From Azolla caroliniana (Eukaryota > Plantae > Polypodiophyta), in assembly GCA_043228905.1 (NCBI GenBank), contig JBHGNT010000020.1, positions 992,001 through 1,056,000 on the forward strand: 64,000 nucleotides of DNA, read 5' to 3'. Shown here one piece after another: positions 47,062-58,629 of the stretch (position 1 is the first letter of the stretch; each line of letters starts with the position of its first letter). A model generated the notes under the pieces. That model was not told the origin of the DNA. It made no database searches and worked only from the letters and a program-made list of their open reading frames with translations. The translations under genes were made by a program, and so were the position numbers.

Positions 47062-50000
47062 ATGGACGAATCGTTTGGCGGCATGTTCAAGCTCACCGGC
47101 TCCAACTATTCAGTGTGGAAGTCGAAGATGAGGGACATGCTCGTGGTTAAAGACCTTTGGCTGCCGGTTCAGTTTGGGGACAAGAGACCGGACAAAATCG
47201 ACGCCGCGATATGGGAGGTGATGCACATGAAGACAACGACGTACAGACGGTGTTCATCGACATGAGCCTATACAACAACTTCAATGAGGAGAGCAAGGCT
47301 CATGAGCTCTGGGAGAAGATCGGCATAAAGTTTCAAAACAAAAATGTTGTTAATCAGGTTTCGGTATTCCGGAAGCTAGTAAGACTCCGGTACCAAGATG
47401 GCTCCAGCATGGCGGAGCACATGAATGCCTTCCAGGGGTTGATACACCAGGCAACATCATTGGAAGTACCTCTCGCCGACGAGGTACTAGCGCTCCTCCT
47501 GCTTGGTTCCCTCCCGGATAGCTGGGAGACGTTGGTTGTCACTTTGGGCAACACCGGGCCGGAAGGAAAGCGGTTATCCCTAGCAAGAGTAAAGTTGAGC
47601 TTGCTAGATGAGGAGGCGTGTCGGAAGGATAAAGATACGAGCTCCGACTCGAAAGCGCTCCTTACCGAATCGGAATGCGGAAGACATAGAAACCGTAGTC
47701 CCCAGAACCGGGAGAAGTCGGGGACACGGTCAAAGTCAAGGGGAAGACCCACCTGCTTCTATTGCGGCAAGCCGGGACACTTCCAGAAGAACTGTCGGCA
47801 TTTCCGTAAAGACAAGGAAACAGACGGCACCGATTCGAAGCGGACACCGGACCGAAACGGTAAAGACCGTAGTGGACCGGACCAGAAGGAAACGACGGCA
47901 ATCGCGGCAAGTGAAGAGGAGTTGATGCTCATAACCGAGGAGAGTGAGATAAACCTTGCCAGCGACGAGATGACCTAGGTGGTAGACTCCGGAGCATCGT
48001 TCCACCTTACCCTGGACCGGAAGTGCTTCTCATCCTACTCAGCCGGTGATCACGGCTATGTCCGGATGGGGAATGAAGGTACATGCCGAATTGTCGGCAT
48101 AGGAGACGTGTGGCTGTCAACACCAACCGGATGCAAGTTGCTGCTGAAGGATGTCCGACACGTTCTGGAGGTTCTTCTGAACCTGATATCCGCCGGTCGG
48201 CTAGATGATGAAGGCTACACGGGCAGCATCCGGAACGGTGTCATGAAGTTCAGCAAAGGGAGCCTGATTGTGGCTCGGGCCCGGAAGGTCAACACACTGT
48301 ACCTGATGAATGCCCGGTTATGTCCGGAAGAAGTGAACCTGGCATCCGACACTGCCGGTGAGCTGTGGCACAAGAGGTTGTGTCATATGAGCGAGAAGGG
48401 GATGAAGAGGCTTGCAGACGACAACCTCATTCCAATGAAGAACGTGCACTTGGAGAAGTGCACTGATTGTCTGGCTAGTAAGCAAAACCGGACCTCCTTC
48501 CGACCAAGGCCACCGATGAGACGTAATGCACCACTGGAGTTGGTGCATACGGATGTGTGTCAAGTAGACACGAAGTCACATGCCGGAGCGCAGTATTTCG
48601 TGACGTTCATAGATGACCACAGCCGGAAGCTGTGGGCCACACCGTTGAAGACGAAGGATCAGGTGCTATCCGTCTTCAAAGAGCTCCACGCGAGAGTGGA
48701 AAGAGAAACCGGCCGGAAGCTGAAGGTGGTTCGAGCAGACCACGGAGGAGAATACCGGCGGCAGTTCGAGGAGTAATGCCGCTCGAAGGGAATCCGGCTC
48801 GAATTTACCGTGCCAAAGACGCCGAAACTAAACGGACTGGCCGAGAGGATGAACCGGACCATAATGGAGAGGGTCTGGAGTATGCTGGTGCATGCAAAAC
48901 TACCCAAGAAGTTTTGGGTTGAGGCACTGTCGACGGCGACATATGTGATAAATAGTCAGTACCCTTGGACGGAGACACGCCACAGAGAGTGTGGACTGGT
49001 AAGGAAGTATCCTACCGGCATCTGAAGGTGTTCGGGTGTCTCGCGTATGTGCATGTAGCTAAGGACCGGAGAGGAAAGTTAGATCCAAAGACCCGGCCAT
49101 GCATATTCCTCGGTTACGGTGACGATGAGTTCGGCTACCGAGTGTGGGACCTGGTCGACAAGAAGGTATTCCGGAGTCGAGATATTATCTTCATGGAGGA
49201 CAAGACACTCGCCGACTGGGAGTCGGCGAAGAAGATAATGAACTCTGAGTCGACCGGGAAGGATAGACTCTACGATGAGCAGACCCAACCGGCAAGAGAC
49301 CGGTTAGCACTCGAGGAACCAACCGGTTACGGTGAGGATATCGAACCGGCAGAAGAAGAAGTAGAGGAAGCTGAAACCGGAACCGGCCAAGACACTGAAT
49401 CAGATTCGGATAAAGAGCAAATGGAGGAGCCGGTTACCGAAGCCCGAAGACGGAGATATACTCTCAGAGAGAGAAGGGCCCCCCAGAGATTTCCGGATGC
49501 AGAGCATGTTTTGCTGACTGATGAGGGGGAGCCGGAAAGCTTCGAAGAAGCGAAGGATGACACCCACAGCCGAAAATGGTTAAGTGCCATGCAGGACGAG
49601 ATGGATTCCCTGCATGAGAACCATACGTACGAATTGGTGGAGATGCCGAAAGGAAAGCGGGCACTCCGAAACAAGTGGGTGTACAAGTTGAAACCGGGAG
49701 ATGCCGGCAACCCCCCGAGATACAAAGCCAGGATCGTGGTGAAGGGGTTCCAGCAGAAGAAGGGCGTGGACTTCGACGAGATATTTGCCCCGGTAGTAAA
49801 GATGACCTCCATCCGGACGGTGCTTAGTATAGCGGCAAGCATGGACCTCGAGGTAGAGCAGCTGGACGTGAAGACGACATTCCTTCACGGCGACCTCGAA
49901 GAGGAGATCTACATGCAGCAACCGGAAGGATTCGTGGAGAAAGGGAAGGAGCACCTGGTATGCCGGTTGAAGAAGAGCCTGTATGAACTAAAGCAGGCTC

Positions 50001-51100
50001 CCCGACAATGGTACCGGAAGTTCGACTCCTTCATGACCAATCAAGGGTACCACAAGACGTAGGCCGATCACTGCGTGTTTGTGAAGAAGTTCGAAGGAGG
50101 CGACTTCCTGATACTCCTCCTGTACGTGGACGACATGTTGATCGTCGGACGGGACCAAGTCAAAATACGGATGCTGAAGAAGGCTCTCAACCGGACCTTC
50201 TCAATGAAAGACTTGGGTCCGGCAAGACAGATGTTGGGGATGCATATTATCCGGAACCGGTCAAAGAAGCAATTATGGTTGTCACAGGAAAAGTACGTGA
50301 CAATGGTGCTTCACCGGTTCAACGTGTCAGATGCGAAACCGGTCGAATCGACACTTCCGGCAAACTGTAGGTTATCCGGTAAGCAAAGCCCGAAGACGAA
50401 AGCAGAGAAGGCGGATATGATGAAGATTCCATATGCCTCTGCCGTCGGGAGCTTAATGTACGCAATGGTTTGTACCCGACCGGATATAGGATACGCAGTC
50501 GGAGTGGTGAGCCGGTTCATGAGTAATCCCGGCAAGGAGCACTGGAACGCGGTCAAATGGATACTCCGGTATTTGAAGGGAACTTCAAATATGTGTCTCT
50601 GATTCGGCTCCAGAAGACCCCAACATGATGGTTTCACCGATTTGGACATGTCGGCTGATGTGGATACCAGCCGGTCTACATCCGGGTATGTAATGACATA
50701 TGCAGGGGGAGTTGTGTCGTGACAGTCGAGGCTACAGAAGACGGTTGCATTGTCAACCACGGAGGCGGAGTACATGGCAGCTGTGGAAGCCGGCAAGGAA
50801 ATATTATGGATGAAGGACTTCATCGGAGAGCTCAGTATTCGGCAAGATGAATACCGGCTCTATTGCGACAGTCAAAGTGCCATCCACCTTGCTAAGAATG
50901 CGGCCTACCATTCCCGGACGAAGCATATCCAGCGGAGGTATCACTGGATCCGGGAAAGAGTAGATGACCAGGAGTTCGCGCTGATGAAGATCCATACGGC
51001 GGAGAACGGGTCAGATATGCTGACTAAAGCGTTGATACCCGACAAGCTAGATGCATGCCGGAAAAGGATCGGACTAGTAAGACACCCCATGCCGGAGTGA
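47062..51100 (+). pseudogene. Copia II gag-pol pseudogene
   Basis: Same motifs as Copia I, but in-frame stops (e.g. 47976-47978, 48774-48776, 50060-50062, 50600-50602) and frameshifts (~47240, ~48955). Confidence 0.95.
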
Positions 51101-51923
51101 AGGGGGAGTTTGATGGCAGACAGGTCCCTCCGGATGGGAAGGGAGAAGAGTAGTGCTTATGAACAAACCGGATGAAGAGTACCTGGCTACGGAGAGCCGG
51201 ATGATATAGACCCGGTGAAGACCGGATAAGGAGTACCCGGCTACGGAGAGCTGGATGGTACAGACCCGGTGAAGACCGGATGAGGAGTACCCGACTACGG
51301 AGAGCCGGATGGTGCACACCCGGTGAAGACTGGATGAGGAGTACCCGGCTACGGAGAGCCGGATGGTGCAGACCTGGTATGAACCGGATGAAGAGACATA
51401 TTCGTAAATATGTTTCTGAGAGTCCATCGAGGCTATATTTGTAAATAGCCGAAAAGTCATATTAGTATAAATATGACTTAGGGCAAACTTTTAGATGACT
51501 GTTGGAATAGTGGTTGTCATTCTTGTTGGTGCAAGAATAGAGTGACCGCGTAATAGTGTACAGAGAGAGAGAGAGAGAGAAAGAGGTCGTTGCCTCTGTT
51601 GTAACCGCCGCCTGTGGCGAGGATCGTGAGCACGAGGTCGTTGCCTCCGTGAACTCACTGTTGTACAATCTAGCATAGTGATAGTTTGCAGCCTGTGGGC
51701 TGCCGTGGTTTTTCCCTCTTTGGGTTTTCCACGTAAACATCTGGTGTACCTTTTCTCTCCTTTGTGTCGTGCATTTACTTCCCGTTTTCTGTGTATGATT
51801 CTAAGCTCGGTTGTGGCCGAGCGTTGCGTATAGGGATCGTTTGAGCCCCTGTCATTCCTCACCTACTATTCTACCTACCAGCGAGTTTACATAATGTATT
51901 TATATTTCTGGCCTATGGACAAC

Positions 51924-54900
51924 AGCATGTGTAACTCTGTAGCTGTCTGTTGATGAAGTTGAATCTCGAGGTCGTTGCCTCGGCACTTCTAGTTGTACTC
52001 CTCCTTTTAGCATAGTGATTCTGTTTCTCAGGGTTTGTAGACCCCCGTGGTTTTTCCCATTTCGGGTTTCCACGTTAAAATCGTGTGTTTCTGTCTCTTG
52101 TGCTATTTCTGTTTTTCGTACTCTGTCTAAGTGCATTCTATTTTATGTTCCTTGCACCTGAACATTCGAATGAGAAGCCGGTTGTGGCCGGTCACGATTG
52201 TCGACAAAGTGGTATTAGAGTGAACAACACAGGAAATGGAAGAATCGTTCGACGGCATGTTCAAGCTCACTGGCTCCAACTACTTAGTGTGGAAGTCGAA
52301 GATATGGGATATGTTGATGGTTAAAGATCTTTGGTTTCCTGTTAAGTTCAAGGACAAGAGACCGGATAAGATCGACGCCACAGTGTGGGAGGTGATGGAC
52401 ATGAAGACGACGGCATACATCTGGTGCTTCATCAACATGAGCATGTACAACAGTTTCAATGAAGAAAGTAAGGCTCATGAACTTTGGGAGAAGATCGGCA
52501 TCATGTTCCAGAACAAGAATGTTGTTAATCGGGTTTCAGTATTTCGGAAGCTAGTGAGGCTCCAGTACCAAGACAACTCTAGTATGGCAGAGCACATGAA
52601 TGCCTTCCAAGGACTGATAAACCAGGCAACCTCGTTGGAAGTACCTCTCGCCGATGAGGTACTCGCATTACTCCTGCTTGGTTCCCTCTCGGACAGTTGG
52701 GAGATGCTAGTTGTCACGTTGGGCAACGCCAAGCCGGAAGGAATACAGTTGTCCCTAGCAAGAGTCAACTCAAGCTTGCTAGATGAAAAAGCTCACCGAA
52801 AGGACCAGGAGTCCGGAACCAATCTGAAGGTCTTGGTTACGGAAGATGACCACAACTTGGGAAGAGGCCGGTATCCGAGTCCCCAAAACCGGGACAAATC
52901 AGGGACGAGGTCAAAGTCGAGAGGAAGGCCCACGTGCTTCTATTGCGGGAAGTCGGGGCACTTTCAAAAGAATTGCCAACATTTCCGAAAGGAAAATGGG
53001 GGAGCCAATAGTGTGCAAACGGAAAAAAAATTTATCGGAAAGTAGGAACACCTCGGCGATCGCGACAAGTGACGAGAAGTTGTTGCTCATTAGTGAGCAG
53101 AACGAAGTGAACCTTTTCGACGATGAATCGACATGGGTGGTTGATTCGGGTGCATCATTTCACCAAATCCCTGACCAGAAATTCTTATCATTGTACAGAG
53201 TCATTGATCTCGGATTCGTAAAGATGGGAAATGAAGGAGCATGCCGACAGGCTGCAGATTCGTGTTGAGAGGTATTCGACACATTCCGGAGGTTCGATTG
53301 AACTTGATATCAGCTGGTCGGCTGGATGATGAAGTCTACACGGGTAGCATCCAGAATGGTGTGATGAGTTCTGCAAGGGGATCCTAATCGTGGCTCGAGC
53401 ATGGAAAACGAACACAATGTACATAATGCATGCTCAATTATGCCGTGGGGAAGTGAATGTGGCAGCTGAAAAATTCGGTGAACTGTGGCACAGGAGGTTG
53501 TGCCACATGAGCCAAAAAGGGATGTGGAAGCTTTCCGAGGACAACCTCATTCCGGAGGTGAAGAACATGCAACTTGAGAAATGCACGGATTGCTTGGTTG
53601 GTAAGAAAAATCGAACATCCTTCTGAACAAGGCCCCTAATGAGGAAGAAAATACCGTTGGAACTCCTGCATACGGATGTATGCTACGTGGACACGAAGTC
53701 GCATAGTGGTTCACAATATTTCATGACCTTTATAGAAGACTATAGCCGGAAGTTGTGGGTTTCCATGCTGAAGATGAAGGATCAAGTGTTCAAAGAGTTC
53801 CAAGCGAGGGCCGAGAGAGAAACCGGTCATAAGTTGAAGGCAGTCCGAGCGGACAATGGCGGAGAGTACCGCGGACAGTTCGAAGAATATTGCCGAAAAG
53901 AAGGAATCCGGCTTGAGTATATTGTGCCAAAAATTCTAGAGTTGAATGGGTTGGCCAAGAGAATGAATCAGAACATAGTGGAGAGAGTCTGAAACATGCT
54001 TGCACATGCGAAATTACCAAAAACGTTCTGGGTTGAGGCGCTAATGACAGCAACATATGTGATGAACCGATGACCTTCAGTACCCTTGGACGGTGATATT
54101 CCACAATGGGTGTGGAGCGGCAAAGATGTGTCGTACCGACATTTGAGGGTGTTTGGTTGTCTTCCTTTTGTGCATGTGGCAAAGGACCAGAGGGGGAAAT
54201 TAGACCCAAAATCTCGTTCATGCATATTTCTCGATTACGGCGATGATGAGTTCGGCTATCGGCTATGGAACTTAGCCGAGAAGAAGGTGATTAGGAGCCG
54301 AGACATTGTCTTCATGGAAGAGAAGACAATGATTGTTTTGGAGAACAAGAAAAGTATCCAACTACCGAATCGAGCCGAGTCGATGCTCGGCTGGATCATG
54401 TAGATGACAGTTTGATCGATCTAATACTTGGCAAAATCGAGAAACGATTGATGATCAAGGGGATTCGACCGAACGAGGAACCGAAATCGACTCAGACAAA
54501 GAGCTTGAAGACAAACTAACCATACCGAACACAGGCCGAAAATACCCCCTTAGAGAGTGAAGAGCCCCCCGAAGATTTCCGGATGAAGAATGTGTACTTC
54601 TAACCGATGCGAGGGAGCCGGAAAGCTACAAAGAAGCTACGAAAGATACCCACAGCCGAGAGTGGTTACGTGACATGCAAGAGGAGATGGATTCCTTGCA
54701 TGAGAACCACACATACAAATTGACCGAGTTACCGAAGGGGAAGAATGCACTCCGAAATAAGTGGGTATACAAGTTGAAACTAGGAGATGGTGGAAATCCA
54801 CCCAGATACAAAGCACGAATTGTCGTAAAAGGGTTTCAATAGAAGAAGGGCATGGATTTCGACGAAATATTTGCCCCAGTAGTGAAGATGACATCCATCC

Positions 54901-56729
54901 GAACCGTGTTGAGCATTGCGGCCAACATGGATCTCAAAGTCGAACAATTGGATGTCAAGATGACGTTTCCGCACGGAGATCTCGAAGAGGAGATATATAT
55001 GCAGCAGCCGGAAGGATTTGTAGTGAAAGGTAAAGCAAACTTGGTATGCCGATTGAGGAAGAGCCTATATGGGTTGAAGCAGGCTCCACAGCAATGGTAC
55101 CAAAAATTCGAATCCTTCATGACTGAAACCGGGTACCACAAAACGCAGGTCGATCACCGTGTATTTGTGAAGAAGTTCAATGGAGGAGATTTCCTCATCG
55201 TTTTGTTGTACATGGACGACATGCTAATTGTCAGACGGGACCATATCAAGATCCGAGCACTGAAGAAGGCCTTGAACGGGTCATTCTCAATGAAGGATAT
55301 TGGTCCTGCAAAGCAAATCCTGGGTATGCACATTGTTCGGGATAGAACAAAGAAATTGTTATGGCTGTCACAAGAGAAATATGTGACAAAGGTGCTCCAG
55401 AGATTCAGCATGGAAGGCGCGAAACTAGTCGGCTCGACACTGCGGACGAACTGCAGGTTGAGTAAAGATCAATGTCCGAAATCGAAAACCGAAAAGGCCG
55501 AGATGTCAAAAGTCCCCTATGCCTCGGCGGTTGGAAGTCTGATGTACACAATGGTGTGTACCAAGTCGGACATTGGATACACTATCGGAGTGGTCAGCCG
55601 ATATATGAGCAATCCCGGGAAAGAGCATTGGGCTACCGTGAAATGGATATTTCGGTACATGAGAGGCACCTCGAGCGTGTGTCTTTGTTTTGGCTCAGGT
55701 AAGCCCACATTAGAAGGCTACACGGATTCAGACATGTCGACTAATGCAGATACCAGCCCTTCCACGTCCAGATACGTAATGACATACGCAAGGGGAGTTG
55801 TCTCGTGGCAATCAAGGTTTCAGAAGGCTGTGGCGTTATCTACCACGGAAGCCAAGTACATGGCCACAGCGGAAGCCGGCAAGGAAATTGTATGGATAAA
55901 GGAGTTTATTAGTGAGCTGGGAATTCGGCAAGAAGAATTCCGACTCTATTGTGATAATCAGAGTGCCATCCACCTTGTGGAAAATGTCGCCTACCACTCG
56001 AGGACAAAGCACATCCAATGGAGGTATCATTGGCTCTGGGAGAGGGTAGAAGAAAGGGAGTTCGCTCTAGTGAAGGTCCACACGGCCAAAAATGAATCAA
56101 ATATGTTGACTAAAGTGTTTCCAGCCGAAAAGCTGAGTGCGTGCCGACAGAAGATCGGATTGGTGCAGTACCCCATGTTGGAGTTTGTTAGGAAACGGAT
56201 CCCTCTAGATGGGAAGAGAAGAGCGGAGTTGATGAGAAACCGAAATCGTGTAGACAGCCAACTCGGAAGACTATACTTGTAAATAGTCTAAATATGCCCT
56301 TATGAGCTACACTTGTAAATAACCCAAAAGGTGTACTAGTATAAGTACTTAGGGCAATCATAATATTATGGAGAGTTGTTGTTAAAAAGGTGACTGAGAA
56401 GGTTGTTGCCTCTGTAACTGTGTAATAGTAAGTGAGTGAGAGTGAGAGCGTGTGTAACTCTGTAGCCGTCTATTGACGAAGTTGAATCTCGAGGTCATTG
56501 CCTCGGAGCTTCTAGTTGTACTCCTCCTTTTAGCATAGTGATTCTGTTTTTCAGGGTTTGTGGACCCCCGTAGTTTTTCCCATTTCGGGTTTCCACGTTA
56601 AAATCACGTGTTTCTGTCTCTTGTGCTATTTCTGTTTTTGGTACTCTGTCTGAGTGCATTCTATTTTACGTTCCCTGCACTCGAACATCCGAATGAGAAG
56701 CCAGTTGTGGCCGGCCAGGATTCTTGACA
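51924..56729 (+). mobile_element. Older degenerate Ty1/Copia element, 'Copia III' (5' LTR truncated, PPT deleted)
   Basis: Partial 5' LTR 51924-52206 matches the distal half of the 3' LTR 56186-56729; mutated PBS tggtattagag 52210-52220; disrupted gag-pol. Confidence 0.93.
52236..56185 (+). pseudogene. Copia III gag-pol pseudogene
   Basis: CFYCGKSGHFQKNC, WVVDSGASFH, DNGGEY, YMDDML, YTDSD; many stops and frameshifts. Confidence 0.93.
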
Positions 56730-56735
56730 AAGGGC

Positions 56736-56988
56736 TGTTAAGAATTAGGCGATTAAGTATGGGTTAACTAGTACCTAATTATGTGACTAAGATAAGCGGA
56801 GGATTATGTGATATGTGTGTGAGAGGAAGAGAGACAAGAATTTACACTTATGAATAACTGTTACGAGATGGGCGATGATTAACTCTATACTAAATTAACA
56901 TCATCAAGTTACAAAAATACCCACAATGATGTATATATAGATATCAAGTGGTGTGAGGAGAGTATAGGTACAGTGGTGTAAGTCCTAT
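56736..56988 (-). mobile_element. LTR fragment related to the 14337/17699 LTRs
   Basis: tgttaagaattagg.gattaa...tagtacctaattatgtga...acatcatcaa...caaaaatacc.acaatga.gtatatatagat...gtgtaagtcctat; similarity stops abruptly at 56988. Confidence 0.85.
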
Positions 56989-57319
56989 GGGTTAAAGCAC
57001 GCTACAGTGTACCAAAAAAGTATTGTTTTTGGCCAAAAAAAACATGTCTACTTTTTATATTGTTAGTACTAAAAATTAAGAAATAATAATAATTTCGGCA
57101 AAAATAAAATTCAAGAGTGACGTGGGAGTAGTACAAAGTGCAATGATGACAGAAAATGGGGGGAAAGTGATATGAGAGGATTTTACCTTTTTTTGGGGGG
57201 GGGGGAGGGTATATTTTCCCCTTCACATTAATGTTTCCCACTTTTTCAATTTTTACCTTTTTCAAAATTTCACCTTTTTCATTTTTGATGTTTTTTCTTC
57301 TCATCGTTCTTCCAACCAA

Positions 57320-57660
57320 GCCTTCTCCTTACTCAGATCAGAACCCTATTTCTGAATCGTTCTCCTATCTCAGATTTTAACCTTATGCATGAATCGTTGT
57401 CTTACCTCAGATTTCATGCTTCATCTTTCAATAGTTCTCATAACATCATGGTTGAAGCTTCTTCCATTAATCATTATTCTAACTCAGAGTTGATGCTTCT
57501 TCCAACATGAATCTTTTGCACTCAGAATTGAAGCTTCTTCCAACATGAATCTTTTGCACTCAGATTTGAAGCTTCTTCTAACACGAATCTTCTGCACTCA
57601 GATTTGAAGCTTTGGCTAACATGAGTCCTCCTATCTCTTATTTGAATATTTTTTTATGAA
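57320..57660. repeat. ~38-bp minisatellite
   Basis: catgaatcttttgcactcagatttgaagcttcttccaa at 57506, 57544, 57582, 57620, with degenerate copies upstream. Confidence 0.85.
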
Positions 57661-58629
57661 TCATACGTGATTCATTGATTGGGAAACTTCTTCCTCATGT
57701 TCATATTTCTTCTCATATTTTGATGTCCAACATGAGTCTTTCTATCTTCGATTTGAAGTTTCTCCCATAAATAGTAAGTGGTTCATAGATAGAGGAGATT
57801 TTCCTTATGTTTATCTCTCTTCTCATCTTCTCATGTCCATCTTTTTTTCATGTAGATTTTTTTTATATTCATCTTTCTCATGTAAATCTTTTTCATGTTC
57901 ATCTTTCTTCTCTATTCTCATGTAGATATTTTTCATGCTCATCTTTATTTTCTTATTATCATGTTCATCTTTCTCTTGTAGGTTTTTTCATATTCATCTT
58001 TCTTCTCTTATTCTCATGTCCAATATAAGTATTTGAATCTTCGATTTTAAGCATCGTCTATAAATCATAAGCGGTTTATACATAGAGGAGCTTCTTTCGC
58101 ATTTCCATCTTATTTTTCATATTTTGGTGTTCATCTTTCTCATCTATATTATTTTCATGGTTATCATTTTTCTCATATTGTCATGTTCATCTTTGTCATG
58201 TAGATTTTTTGCATGTTCACCATTCTTCGTGTATTTCATTACTTTAATATATAAAACCATGGTTTTCTTGTATATAAATTTTTTATGTGACTCCTTGTCA
58301 TATTTAACTTTTTTATGTTGCGTGTCGATCTTTCTTCCTTTATTTCTTGCTTTTCATATTTGAAAACATGTTATCATTGGTTTTGAAATTACTAATACAA
58401 CTCTTCTTGATTTATTATGCCTGCAAGTTCCATTGGGTAATATTAGTATACAACTAATTGCAACCTTGATTGCTTTAATTACTTTCCTTGGTATTCTTTT
58501 TTAAGTAATACATATAATTGAAAATGGTAGTCATCAATTAGATTGACATGTCTTGTTTACCAATAGATAGTATATAGTATGTGTAATGCTCAAAAAATGA
58601 TCTATTAATCACTCTTTCATTTCTTTTAG

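Larger units (their letters stand above)
46075..51854 (+). mobile_element. Full-length but mutated Ty1/Copia element, 'Copia II', nested in the Gypsy LTR
   Basis: 5' LTR 46075-47032; 3' LTR 51111-51854; TSD ttcct at 46070-46074 and 51855-51859; PBS tggtatcagagc 47035-47046; PPT gagtgaagggggag before 51111. Confidence 0.97.
41636..51891 (-). mobile_element. 3'-truncated, degenerate Ty3/Gypsy LTR retrotransposon (gag-PR-RT-RH; integrase and 3' LTR missing); its 5' LTR is split by Copia II
   Basis: Minus-strand fragments: CFKCNQPGHYATQC (zinc knuckle), CIIDGGSGVN (PR), FGLKTAPTTFQR...VFLDD (RT), VDASDIAIG...NYSTTEREAL (RH). Putative LTR 45707-46074 plus 51860-51891 (tgttacg...gtttaca, ~400 bp). 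Confidence 0.9.

Noticed and set aside
15875-51460. Repetitive ORFs in the LTRs (SSSGSYRVCTIRLSVAGY repeats) and antisense ORFs over pol
   Set aside because: These are by-products of the 54-bp (multiple of 3) LTR repeats and GC-rich coding DNA; there is no independent support.
57002-58363. Hydrophobic F/L/I-rich ORFs as membrane proteins
   Set aside because: They are translations of T-rich low-complexity DNA.
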